NCBI GenBank assembly: GCA_020435515.1
Contig: JAGQZO010000021.1
Coordinates: 1-43,848 of the forward strand
DNA length: 43,848 nucleotides
Source of the DNA: Winogradskyella sp.
GTDB lineage: Bacteria > Bacteroidota > Bacteroidia > Flavobacteriales > Flavobacteriaceae
Direction of reading: 5' to 3'
Shown here piece by piece: positions 27,710-36,906 of this stretch (the first letter of the stretch is position 1; every line of letters starts with the position of its first letter). Under the pieces are notes generated by a model that made no database searches, had not been told where the DNA came from, and saw only the letters and a program-made list of their open reading frames with translations. A program made the position numbers and the translations under genes.

Positions 27710-27880
27710 AAAATGAAGTCAACTTCTGTTTTTGAGTGAAATTATTCTTAATCTTGGTCGACAGACTAAGCACTGTGTCTATTTTATAAAAATACAACTT
27801 AGTAACTAGTAACCGCACTAATTAAATGTTAAGTCTTGTAATTTTCGTAATTTAGACCTAATTAATAATCTACGTTACCT

Positions 27881-29152
27881 ATGGCAAAGTCTCTTATTGA
27901 AGACACTCAGGAATATGTTTTTAACCTCTTAACTGATAAGCTTCCAAATACTTTTATATACCACAACTATACGCACACACAACGCGTACTGAAAAGTACT
28001 AAAGAACTTATTGAAAACTCTGAAATTTCTAAAGAGGAATCTACAATATTAGAATTAACAGCTTTATTGCATGATATCGGTTACACTGTTAGTTCCGAAA
28101 ACCATGAAACTGAAAGTGTAAAACTTGCAGAAGTATTCTTAAAAGAAAAAGGTGCTGATGATAGCATTATTAAGGCTGTTTCTGATTGCATAATGGCTAC
28201 TAAATTTGATGAAGAGCCCAATAACAAACTCGAAGAAATTATCAGAGATGCTGATGCCTCTCACTTTGGTAAAAAATATTTTGATGAAGCGAGTGAATTT
28301 CTTAGAAAAGAACTAGAACTACGTGGCATTAAAAGTTACACGCCTGCCGATTGGCGTGCAGAAAATATTAAAGTTTTAACGGAACATAGTTTTTACACAG
28401 AATACGCCCTAAAAAATTGGCAACCTAGAAAGGAAAAGAACCTTGCTAAGTTAATGGGCAAAAAGAAAAAGCGCAAAAAGAAACTCGACGTAGAAAAAAT
28501 AAAGGCTAAGTACAAAGCACAATACAAAAATGAAAGCCCTGAAAGAGGTGTACAAACCTTTTATAGAACTGCTTTGAGAAATCACATTAAACTTAGTGAT
28601 ATTGCAGACACAAAGGCGAATATTTTACTTTCGGTTAATGCTATTATCATTTCGGTTGTACTGGCTAATCTTATTTCTAAGTTAGACACCAACCCTTATC
28701 TAACATGGCCAACTGTAATTTTCTTATTCTTTTGTGTTGTCTCTATGGTGCTTTCTATAATTGCTACTAGGCCCAATGTTACGAGTGGTGAGTTTACTAA
28801 GGAAGACGTAAAAAATCAAGAAGTAAACTTAAGCTTCTTTGGTAACTTTCATAAAATGGAACTAAAGGAATACGAGTGGGCAATTATGGAAATGGTTAAA
28901 GATAAAGACTATATCTATAAAGCATTGACTAAAGATCTTTACTTTTTAGGCAAAGTTTTAGAGCGAAAATATAGACTGTTAAGAATAACATACACGGTTT
29001 TTATGTTGGGTATCATTATCTCCTTGGTATCATTTGCTATTGCCGTAAAAAATAATCCCAACGTAAACATTGAAGATGTTTTACCTGAAACTAATGAGCA
29101 GACTAGCTATTCAAATACTCAAAAAAAGGAAAATAGTAATTTTATGATTTAA
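27881..29152 (+). CDS. HD-domain phosphohydrolase fused to a Pycsar-effector-like (PycTM/DUF5706) membrane domain
   Basis: YHNYTHT, LLHDIG, HE, IRDAD; then ADTKANILL-TM-TM-RP, SFFGNF, KYRLLR-TM. Confidence 0.85.
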   Translation: MAKSLIEDTQEYVFNLLTDKLPNTFIYHNYTHTQRVLKSTKELIENSEISKEESTILELTALLHDIGYTVSSENHETESVKLAEVFLKEKGADDSIIKAVSDCIMATKFDEEPNNKLEEIIRDADASHFGKKYFDEASEFLRKELELRGIKSYTPADWRAENIKVLTEHSFYTEYALKNWQPRKEKNLAKLMGKKKKRKKKLDVEKIKAKYKAQYKNESPERGVQTFYRTALRNHIKLSDIADTKANILLSVNAIIISVVLANLISKLDTNPYLTWPTVIFLFFCVVSMVLSIIATRPNVTSGEFTKEDVKNQEVNLSFFGNFHKMELKEYEWAIMEMVKDKDYIYKALTKDLYFLGKVLERKYRLLRITYTVFMLGIIISLVSFAIAVKNNPNVNIEDVLPETNEQTSYSNTQKKENSNFMI

Positions 29153-31520
29153 TAGTCTCCATTAAATCATTATAGGTGTAGAAATTCTTGTCATCATTTT
29201 CATTATGATACAGTATACTAACCCTTAATGCTTTAAGACCTGTTATACCCTGTAAATCCTCAAGTTCTAATACTTCCAAGTCTTTATTTAGGATATTTTT
29301 AGATTGAAGAAAACTAATATATCTTTTGTATTCGTCCTCATCTTCTTTTTGAGAATACACAATGGTTAGTTTCCCTTTTTCGGTAATACGCTCTTCAGTC
29401 CCTTTAATGAAAGCCTTATCTACTCGCTTCTTTACAACTTCATAACGCGCATTGTAGGTACCATCTACATCAAAACGTTTTTCATCCATTCTAAAGCGGA
29501 TTGAAAGTGGCTGATTGAAAACTAATACCATTGACGCGACATCCAAGTTTATAGGATATTCATGTTGATTTTGATAGTACGAATTTTCCATTTCGCACAT
29601 AACCTGTAATTGCCATAACCTCAAATTATATAGGTAGATCATATTAAAACTATCATGTTTTGTGATAGATTCACCTATATACATATTGTGCTCTACACCA
29701 TCGGTTTTAAAGCGTTCAAAGAAATGAGGATACATATCTTGCGCTTCTAGCTGTTTCTCATCTAGCAATGACGACATATTGGTATTAATCAACTTTACTG
29801 TATCGTCATAATGCTTTCGGTAAAAATAGATAACATTTAAGTCCTCATCTATTTTATTGAAGTAATCCTCTATATCTTCTTTAAGTTCTGGTTCGGTTTG
29901 AGCTATCAACTCAAAAACAGGCTTAACTTCATCTCTCAAAAAAACAGTGATTGCATGCTCACTATCTACTTTAAAATTAGATTTTAAATCACTACAATAC
30001 TTATTAACCTGAAACTTAATCTGCTCTAATATAAGTAAACTCTTTTTCTGAAGGGTTTTGTTAAGTATTTTTTCTGCCAAACTCAACTGAAGTGATAAAT
30101 CTTTCTGAGTAGCTTCATTTCTGGCGTTGGAAGACCCCTTAACGTCTATTTGTCCAAAGAGTGGATACACATTATCAAAAGCAATTTTTTTGAATGTTGG
30201 CGATTCGCCAGTCTCATATTGTTTTTTGATATAGTTCCTAGCTTCTTGTACAAATTTCCAATGTACGCTTGGATGGATTGATGTACATTCCTTTTGAATT
30301 ATAGCTTCAATTAAATTCTCTTCTTCATTTTTTGAGCGTTCAACTGCAGATACTATATAAGGCATAACATCTATCAATTTATTCGCATTGATACTGTTTA
30401 AAACCTTTGGCTCTTTAGAAACAATCTCCAAAATTCCCATTAAACCATCATCATTGGCAATTGGAGCAAAAATGGCGCTTTTATAACCTTGTTCGTGCAA
30501 TACTTTAACATGAGGCGCCTTGCCGTTAGAGCGCTTATAAATCTTTTCTACATCAGAAATTGAAAAATATGTGTTTTGCTTTAGTAATCGATCATAGGAC
30601 CATTTACAGAGTGCATCTTCACATGGAACACGCTCTTCCTTATTTAACAAAAAACTGTTCATGCCAGCTCCATAAACACGATCAAAGGTGCCCTCTTCAT
30701 GATTATAGATTGAAAATCCAACTTCAATATTTTTAAAACCGAATAAGGATCTAAATATTTCATAAAAGCCTTGCATAAAGCTTTCGTCTTTGCGTTTATC
30801 CTCAGCAATTAATGACGACTTTATGTTTGAAATGGACTGGTCATCGGTTACATCAAAGATATTTGAAATCACAAAGCCTTTAAACTCGTAACTACTTGGT
30901 GGAAATTTCTCTTTCCACAACGCTATATTCTCAAAATTATCTAATAATTCTTCGTAGTCATCATACGTGATTTTTGGTGCATTTTCTCTTGGTATAATTT
31001 CTACAAAATCTGCATTATATAAGATTTTATAAAATCTTGTTATACCATTAGCATCAGGAATTTCATAAAAGAAAGGACGCTTAAAATTCAAATTGTATCC
31101 ATAACAAAAATTTAGAATTATGGTACAGGCAATAATATACCTTTGGTCATCAGGCATATTCTTTATTTGCAATTCAAACCCTTCTCCAGCAGTTTTTAAA
31201 ATGGATTTAAAGCGTGCTGAAGAATTAAAGATAATATCCTGAAAAGGTACAGAGGCTGTTTTTATTTCATTATGAGTTAAAACTGGACTGAAGGCATCTT
31301 GAAGAATGCCTTCAATTTCTTTCTCATAAGTCTTGAGCAAGTTTAAATCGCTAAACCCTTCTCTTAATACAGGATTTTTATCAGCGATTTCTATAACACG
31401 GCGTGCATTAGCGGCAATAAAGTCGTTATCAGTTTCAACCAATTTTTGATACTGATTAAGCAACTTATTAAAGCTAACCTTAATAATTAAAGGTGAATCA
31501 ATGTTGTCGTTAATGTCCAA
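29142..31520 (-). CDS. GAF-domain protein with C-terminal class III nucleotidyl cyclase-like domain
   Basis: GAF: YFSISDV...GYKSAIFAPI...MGILEIVS; C-terminal LFGQIDVKGSS, ERFKTDG, RFDVDG...KKRVDK. Start moved to TTG 31520 because TTG 31544 lies in a -7 element. Confidence 0.75.
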   Translation of the reverse strand: MDINDNIDSPLIIKVSFNKLLNQYQKLVETDNDFIAANARRVIEIADKNPVLREGFSDLNLLKTYEKEIEGILQDAFSPVLTHNEIKTASVPFQDIIFNSSARFKSILKTAGEGFELQIKNMPDDQRYIIACTIILNFCYGYNLNFKRPFFYEIPDANGITRFYKILYNADFVEIIPRENAPKITYDDYEELLDNFENIALWKEKFPPSSYEFKGFVISNIFDVTDDQSISNIKSSLIAEDKRKDESFMQGFYEIFRSLFGFKNIEVGFSIYNHEEGTFDRVYGAGMNSFLLNKEERVPCEDALCKWSYDRLLKQNTYFSISDVEKIYKRSNGKAPHVKVLHEQGYKSAIFAPIANDDGLMGILEIVSKEPKVLNSINANKLIDVMPYIVSAVERSKNEEENLIEAIIQKECTSIHPSVHWKFVQEARNYIKKQYETGESPTFKKIAFDNVYPLFGQIDVKGSSNARNEATQKDLSLQLSLAEKILNKTLQKKSLLILEQIKFQVNKYCSDLKSNFKVDSEHAITVFLRDEVKPVFELIAQTEPELKEDIEDYFNKIDEDLNVIYFYRKHYDDTVKLINTNMSSLLDEKQLEAQDMYPHFFERFKTDGVEHNMYIGESITKHDSFNMIYLYNLRLWQLQVMCEMENSYYQNQHEYPINLDVASMVLVFNQPLSIRFRMDEKRFDVDGTYNARYEVVKKRVDKAFIKGTEERITEKGKLTIVYSQKEDEDEYKRYISFLQSKNILNKDLEVLELEDLQGITGLKALRVSILYHNENDDKNFYTYNDLMETIKS

Positions 31521-31541
31521 ACCGTAATTTTTTTCTATAAG

Positions 31542-31549
31542 CAAAGTTA
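31542..31549 (-). promoter_or_regulatory. -7 element TAACTTTG for the GAF gene
   Basis: Exact TAnnTTTG 21 nt upstream of TTG 31520. Confidence 0.55.
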
Positions 31550-31622
31550 CAAATATTTAAAGTAGTCGTTTTTGTTAAGACTACCTTACATGAGGTTTGT
31601 TACATCAAAGCACTACTAAAGA

Positions 31623-33746
31623 TTAATCTAACTTTTTTAAACTTATTGCAAACCCTCCACCTTCAGCTAGGTTTACGCTTAGTTTAGAACCTTTAGAAAT
31701 ATTTATTTTCTCAATGGAAATATCTAGTGGGTTGTTATCCCAATGGGCGTTTTCTCCATCTTTATAAATAATAGCTTCGTATTTTTGGTTCTCGTCTAAA
31801 AAGTCGAAAGTTACATCTAATGTTCTAGCGTTTTCATCTGTTATGCCACCAACAAACCAATCACCTGTTTTGCGTTCTTGTCTTGCTATGGTTACATAAT
31901 CACCTACTTCTCCATTTAAAACTTTAGTCTGTTGCCAATCGACACCAACATCTTTTATAAATTGAAATGGCTCAGGGTTGGCTTCATAATGCTCAACTAA
32001 ATCTGCTGCCATTTGAATAGGACTGTAAATCACAACATACAACGCTAATTGCTGAGCAATAGTAGTATTTACCTGATTATTTGGTTTGTATTCATCAAAT
32101 TTAATATTGAAAATTCCTGGCGTAAAATCAATTGGACCAGACAACATTCTTGTAAAAGCCACTATTGGCAGATGCTCTGGTGGATTACCTCCATCACTTG
32201 CCCAAGCATTGAATTCTTGACCTCTTAAGCCTTCACGAGAAATGATATTTGGATAGGTTCTTCGCAAGCCAGTGGCTTTAATTGGTTCGTGAGCATTGAC
32301 TGCGACCTCATATTTTGCTGCTTTAATCGCAGCATTGTTGTAATGATTTACCATATATTGTCCGTGATGATATTCACCTTTTGGAAGAATTTTACCAACA
32401 TAGCCAGACTTTACCGAATGCATTCCGTATTTCTGCATTAAAGCATAGGCAGTATCTTGTTGTTTCGTATAGGTTTCCGTGGCAGCTGAGGTTTCGTGGT
32501 GCATAATAATTTGCACACCTTTTTCCTTGGCATATCTTGTCACCTCTTCAATATCGTAATCTGGATACGGTGTTACAAAATCGAAAACGCCTTCCCTATC
32601 CTCAAAACCAATCCAGTGTTCCCAACCCGTATTCCAACCTTCAACCAAAACACCACCTATATTGTTTTTTGCTGAAAAGTCAATAAAACGTTTTACATTT
32701 TCTGTGGTTGCACCGTGTTTACCGTGTGCACCTCCAGTATCGGTCCACGTACTCATATTTTGGGTCATTCCATAATCCCAAGACGATTTTCCTAAATGCA
32801 TTTCCCACCAAACTCCTGTATATTTCATTGGTGTAAACCAAGATACGTCACCTAACTTGTTAGGTTCGTTCAGATTAACGATGAGTTTAGATTCTATTAA
32901 ATCTGGTGCATTATCTGTAATTTGAATAGTTCTCCAAGGTGTCTCAAAAGGCACAGTTTTCTTCACCTTGTAATCCGTGTTTTTAGAACCTACTAAATTG
33001 CTTTTTAAATCTAAATTTTCGGTGTCTATTTTTAAGGCCATCCCAGAATAATCGACTAAAGCAGCTTCGTGAAAACTTAGGTGTGTTCCATCTGTACCAA
33101 CCATAGTTACTGGTGTATTTACAGCATTCTCTGGAATGTAAGTCTGCGCTAAATCGTTGTGATTTGCATATTGCAGTGCGTCAATTTCCGAAAGTTTTGT
33201 CGTTCTATAGAGATGCTCATAAATATCCCAATCGCCAGGAATCCAAAAGGTTTTATAATCTTCGGTTAGATTAAATTCTGTATGTTCATCGTTGATATAT
33301 ACTTCCCCTTTAAAGTTATCCTGTTCTGGAAATTCATATCTAAAACCAATACCATCATCATAGACTTTGAAAACAATAGTCATTAAACGTGCTGCTTCAT
33401 TAGTTTCTTGAAGCTCAACTTTTAATTCGTTGTAATTATTGACTACATCCAATTGCTCTCCCCAAGGCATTTTCCACGTTTCATTGAATTTTGATGTCGA
33501 TGTGTTTTTAATCTTGAAATTTTTATCAAAATCTTCAGCATCCTTAAAATCAAATCCTAGATACGAGGTATCCACAACCGTTTTATTTTTGAACATTACG
33601 GTGTAGAATGGCTGTCCTTCTGAAGTCACATTGAAGATGACTTTTACGGCTTTGTTTGGTGAGGCCAGTTCCGTGATTTGTTTTTCGTCTTGGTTGCAAG
33701 AGAAAAAGAAGAATACGATAATTAGTGATAGAAGATTATATTTCAT
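31623..33746 (-). CDS. GH97 alpha-glucosidase (SusB-like)
   Basis: KYTGVWWEMH, LVEGWN, HHET, AHEP, REGLRGQEF, GPIDFTPG; start moved to ATG 33746 (lipobox FFSC). Confidence 0.93.
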   Translation of the reverse strand: MKYNLLSLIIVFFFFSCNQDEKQITELASPNKAVKVIFNVTSEGQPFYTVMFKNKTVVDTSYLGFDFKDAEDFDKNFKIKNTSTSKFNETWKMPWGEQLDVVNNYNELKVELQETNEAARLMTIVFKVYDDGIGFRYEFPEQDNFKGEVYINDEHTEFNLTEDYKTFWIPGDWDIYEHLYRTTKLSEIDALQYANHNDLAQTYIPENAVNTPVTMVGTDGTHLSFHEAALVDYSGMALKIDTENLDLKSNLVGSKNTDYKVKKTVPFETPWRTIQITDNAPDLIESKLIVNLNEPNKLGDVSWFTPMKYTGVWWEMHLGKSSWDYGMTQNMSTWTDTGGAHGKHGATTENVKRFIDFSAKNNIGGVLVEGWNTGWEHWIGFEDREGVFDFVTPYPDYDIEEVTRYAKEKGVQIIMHHETSAATETYTKQQDTAYALMQKYGMHSVKSGYVGKILPKGEYHHGQYMVNHYNNAAIKAAKYEVAVNAHEPIKATGLRRTYPNIISREGLRGQEFNAWASDGGNPPEHLPIVAFTRMLSGPIDFTPGIFNIKFDEYKPNNQVNTTIAQQLALYVVIYSPIQMAADLVEHYEANPEPFQFIKDVGVDWQQTKVLNGEVGDYVTIARQERKTGDWFVGGITDENARTLDVTFDFLDENQKYEAIIYKDGENAHWDNNPLDISIEKINISKGSKLSVNLAEGGGFAISLKKLD

Positions 33747-33756
33747 TTTTATTAAT

Positions 33757-35436
33757 TTATTGTTTTTCAATGAGTACAATATTGTACTCTGAATTGATAG
33801 TGATTTTTCCGTTTTCAACGGTTGTCTCTTGTCCTGAATATGCATCTTTTAGCATCACACGTTCTTCATAAATCTTGGAAACATCAATCACTTTTTTGCC
33901 TTTAGGCAAATCTAAACCTACAACTACCAAATCTTTAAAGTCACCCTTTTGATAGCTTCTGTAAAACAGATAAGGTTTTTGAGTTATCATTTGATGTGTG
34001 CCTGCACCAACAGCTGGATGACGTTCTCTAAATTTACCTAATTTCTGCCAATGCTCTAAAATTGCTTTTGTTTTTTCATCTGAATTTATATCGTCCCAAT
34101 TCATAAATGAACGCAATGTGGCATCGCCTTGTGTGCCTTCTATAACTAAAGATCTTGCCGACTCATCACCGTAATATACTTGCGACGTTCCTGGTGCGAG
34201 CAATAAATAATTCGCTGTTTTATATGGTTTTTCTCTCGATGGATCAAACGGACTACCATCGTCGTGCGAGCTTAAATAATTTAGTACTCCAAAATCTTTT
34301 AAAGGTCCATTTAATGTATCTGAATATTTTTTGAAAAGCGGCTGATACGGCATCTCTTTGGCGTTCCATTTAAACTCAAAGTTGATTTGTGCACTGAACA
34401 TATCATCGTAATAATTCACTTTTTTATCACCATAATCGTACATTTTTCCGCCACTAATACCATAGTTGTAAACTTCACCTACCAAATAAAAATCATTGTC
34501 ATCCAAAACTTTTTCGGGATTATTTGTTTTGTACTGTTCAAAAGCATAATCACATTCTTTTTTGAACTCTTCCCAAACGTAAGCTTCAGTATGTTTTACC
34601 GTGTCACATCTATACCCATCTACTCCGAATTCCGTGATGTAATCCGTGAGCCATTTCATAATATAGAAACGTGGTGCTCTTGGGTGGCCAGTGCGTTCAA
34701 AAAATTCATCGAGTTCCTTTACTTCTTGTTCGTAGCGACCTTCGGATTTCCATTTTTCAACCAATTGTGGTGGTAATTCTACATTTTCGTTACTATCCGT
34801 TCTGATGTCTGGTAAATTTTTTACCAATGTACAAGTCACCGTGTTTTCGTAATTATCGTACTTACATTGAGGACTTTTCCTCACCCAATCTTCTGGCCAA
34901 ACAGGGTCTTTTTCGGTGACTGGCCCTGTATGATTTATAACAGCATCCAGCACAATACGGATTCCCCTTTGATGTGCTTCTTTTACCAATTCATGTAGGT
35001 CTTCCTTAGTACCGTAGTTTGGGTCTATGTTGGTCCAATCTTTTGCCCAATAGCCGTGGAATCCGTAAGTGACACCTGTACCTTCGTCTGTTCCGCCATG
35101 GATTTGCTCAACGATTGGTGTCATCCAAATGGCATTGATGCCTAAATCGGTAAAGTAGCCTTCTTTTAGTTTTTGAGTGACACCTTTGATATCTCCACCT
35201 TCAAAACCTCGTAAATTTCCAGTTTCTTTGGTTCTATCGAAGTTGATGTCATTTGATGTATCCCCATTATTAAATCTATCCGTTAACAGAAAATAAAGGT
35301 TCGCTCCTTCCCAAACAAAAGGTGTTTTTTGAATGACCATTTCTTTATTGTTAGCTTCTACTATATTTGAATTTTGATTGTTTTTGCAACCAAATGCTGA
35401 AACTGTTAAAATTATTACAACTAAATACCTATGCAT
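33757..35436 (-). CDS. GH13 alpha-amylase family lipoprotein
   Basis: TDRF, HGYW, DAVINH, GYRCDTVKH, VGEVY, SSHDD; lipobox AFGC. Confidence 0.93.
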   Translation of the reverse strand: MHRYLVVIILTVSAFGCKNNQNSNIVEANNKEMVIQKTPFVWEGANLYFLLTDRFNNGDTSNDINFDRTKETGNLRGFEGGDIKGVTQKLKEGYFTDLGINAIWMTPIVEQIHGGTDEGTGVTYGFHGYWAKDWTNIDPNYGTKEDLHELVKEAHQRGIRIVLDAVINHTGPVTEKDPVWPEDWVRKSPQCKYDNYENTVTCTLVKNLPDIRTDSNENVELPPQLVEKWKSEGRYEQEVKELDEFFERTGHPRAPRFYIMKWLTDYITEFGVDGYRCDTVKHTEAYVWEEFKKECDYAFEQYKTNNPEKVLDDNDFYLVGEVYNYGISGGKMYDYGDKKVNYYDDMFSAQINFEFKWNAKEMPYQPLFKKYSDTLNGPLKDFGVLNYLSSHDDGSPFDPSREKPYKTANYLLLAPGTSQVYYGDESARSLVIEGTQGDATLRSFMNWDDINSDEKTKAILEHWQKLGKFRERHPAVGAGTHQMITQKPYLFYRSYQKGDFKDLVVVGLDLPKGKKVIDVSKIYEERVMLKDAYSGQETTVENGKITINSEYNIVLIEKQ

Positions 35437-36848
35437 TACTTCTTAATTAAAATTTTGTATTCCCAAGGGCTAATAGCCATGGCATCCAATTGAAATTCTT
35501 TCTCTTTTGGATTGATGAAATCTTGATATGTACCACTTGGCACTTTGATTCTCTTTGTATCGTCAGAGAAATTCCCAACAAACAATATAGTCTGTCCAGC
35601 TTTAGAACGCTCAAACATTAAAATATTATTTCCAGTATCTATTCGTTTATAATCCGCAGGATTTTTACCACCATTTAAAGCAGGATTAGTGTTTTTAAGT
35701 TCGCCTAATTTTTTCAGCAAATCGAAATATTTACCTTTTTCTTTTGGAATAGAATCTTTTTCAAAAAATTTAAGACGATGATCCATATCATACTCTTGTC
35801 CGCTGTAAATCAATGGCATTCCTGGCATCGTGTAATACAATGCAGTAAACAATTCTTTTTGATCTCCCATCCGCTCTTTAATGGTTCCACTCCAAGAATT
35901 TTCATCGTGATTGGTGATGAAGTTCATTAAAATGTCGTCTTCGTCATAATCGTTTGAAATCTTAGCCATATAGTTGTCGAAATCTTCTGTCGATTTTTCG
36001 TCTTTTGCCAAACCGTTCATTAAATGATGGCCATCCCAAGCATACGCCATATCAAATAAATCTCCGTCTAACAATTCTGGTTCCCAAGCTTCGGCCAGCA
36101 TAAAAACGTCCTTTTCACTTCTTAGCTTAGAAATAGCAGTTTCCCAGAAATCCAACGGAACCGAACCTGCAACATCACATCTAAAACCGTCTACGCCTTC
36201 TTCTTTAACCCAGTAAATCATATCCTCAATCATTTCCTTGCGCATATCTTGATTATCATAATTAAGATCAGCAACATCTGTCCAATCAGTTCCCTTTGGA
36301 TGAATAATTTCACCCGATTCATTTTGTGTATAATATTCGGGATGATTTTTTAACCACTCGTGATCCCAACCTGTATGGTTTGGTACCCAGTCTAAAATGA
36401 CGTAAATGTCATTTTCGTGAGCCGTATTGACTAATGCTCTAAAATCTTCTTTGTTACCAAATTCAGGATTGATTTTTGTGAAATCTGTTACGGCATAATA
36501 ACTTCCTAAATATTTGTCTTGTTCTTCCTCTGGGAATTCTGAAGCAAACTTTCCTCCTTCAGCCTTTCGTTTAGTTTCTGAAATAGGAAAAACAGGCATT
36601 AACCATATCACTTTTACACCCAATTCCTTTAGTGTCGGAATATCCTTTGTGAATTCTTCAAATGTACCTTCTGGTGAATATTGACGAATATTAGCTTCGT
36701 AAATTACAGCAGTTTCCAAAACCTCATTTGAAATTGGTTCAATTTCAGTAACTTCTTTTGGTTCTTCTTTTACTTCAGTTTCCTTTTTTTCTTCTTTGCA
36801 CGATAGCGCTAGTACCATAATGCAAATTAATGTGGTTAGTTTTTTCAT
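35436..36848 (-). CDS. GH13 alpha-amylase family lipoprotein
   Basis: DWVPNH, GFRCDVAG, LAEAW, TNHDE; start moved to ATG 36848 (lipobox ALSC). Confidence 0.93.
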   Translation of the reverse strand: MKKLTTLICIMVLALSCKEEKKETEVKEEPKEVTEIEPISNEVLETAVIYEANIRQYSPEGTFEEFTKDIPTLKELGVKVIWLMPVFPISETKRKAEGGKFASEFPEEEQDKYLGSYYAVTDFTKINPEFGNKEDFRALVNTAHENDIYVILDWVPNHTGWDHEWLKNHPEYYTQNESGEIIHPKGTDWTDVADLNYDNQDMRKEMIEDMIYWVKEEGVDGFRCDVAGSVPLDFWETAISKLRSEKDVFMLAEAWEPELLDGDLFDMAYAWDGHHLMNGLAKDEKSTEDFDNYMAKISNDYDEDDILMNFITNHDENSWSGTIKERMGDQKELFTALYYTMPGMPLIYSGQEYDMDHRLKFFEKDSIPKEKGKYFDLLKKLGELKNTNPALNGGKNPADYKRIDTGNNILMFERSKAGQTILFVGNFSDDTKRIKVPSGTYQDFINPKEKEFQLDAMAISPWEYKILIKK

Positions 36849-36865
36849 TTTATGTTTTTTTAAAA

Positions 36866-36891
36866 CACCCCTAAGTCCCATCAAGGGGACA
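36866..36891. repeat. Short GC-rich REP-like hairpin in an intra-operon spacer
   Basis: CCCCTAAGTCCCATCAAGGGGAC; GTCCC/GGGAC stem in an AT-rich spacer. Confidence 0.45.
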
Positions 36892-36906
36892 ATAAAGATT
36901 TCAAAA

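Noticed and set aside
27881-31520. Canonical Pycsar anti-phage operon
   Set aside because: Genes are convergent, the effector is HD-fused, the partner is a large GAF protein unlike PycC, and there is no defence-island context; retained only as a related novel system
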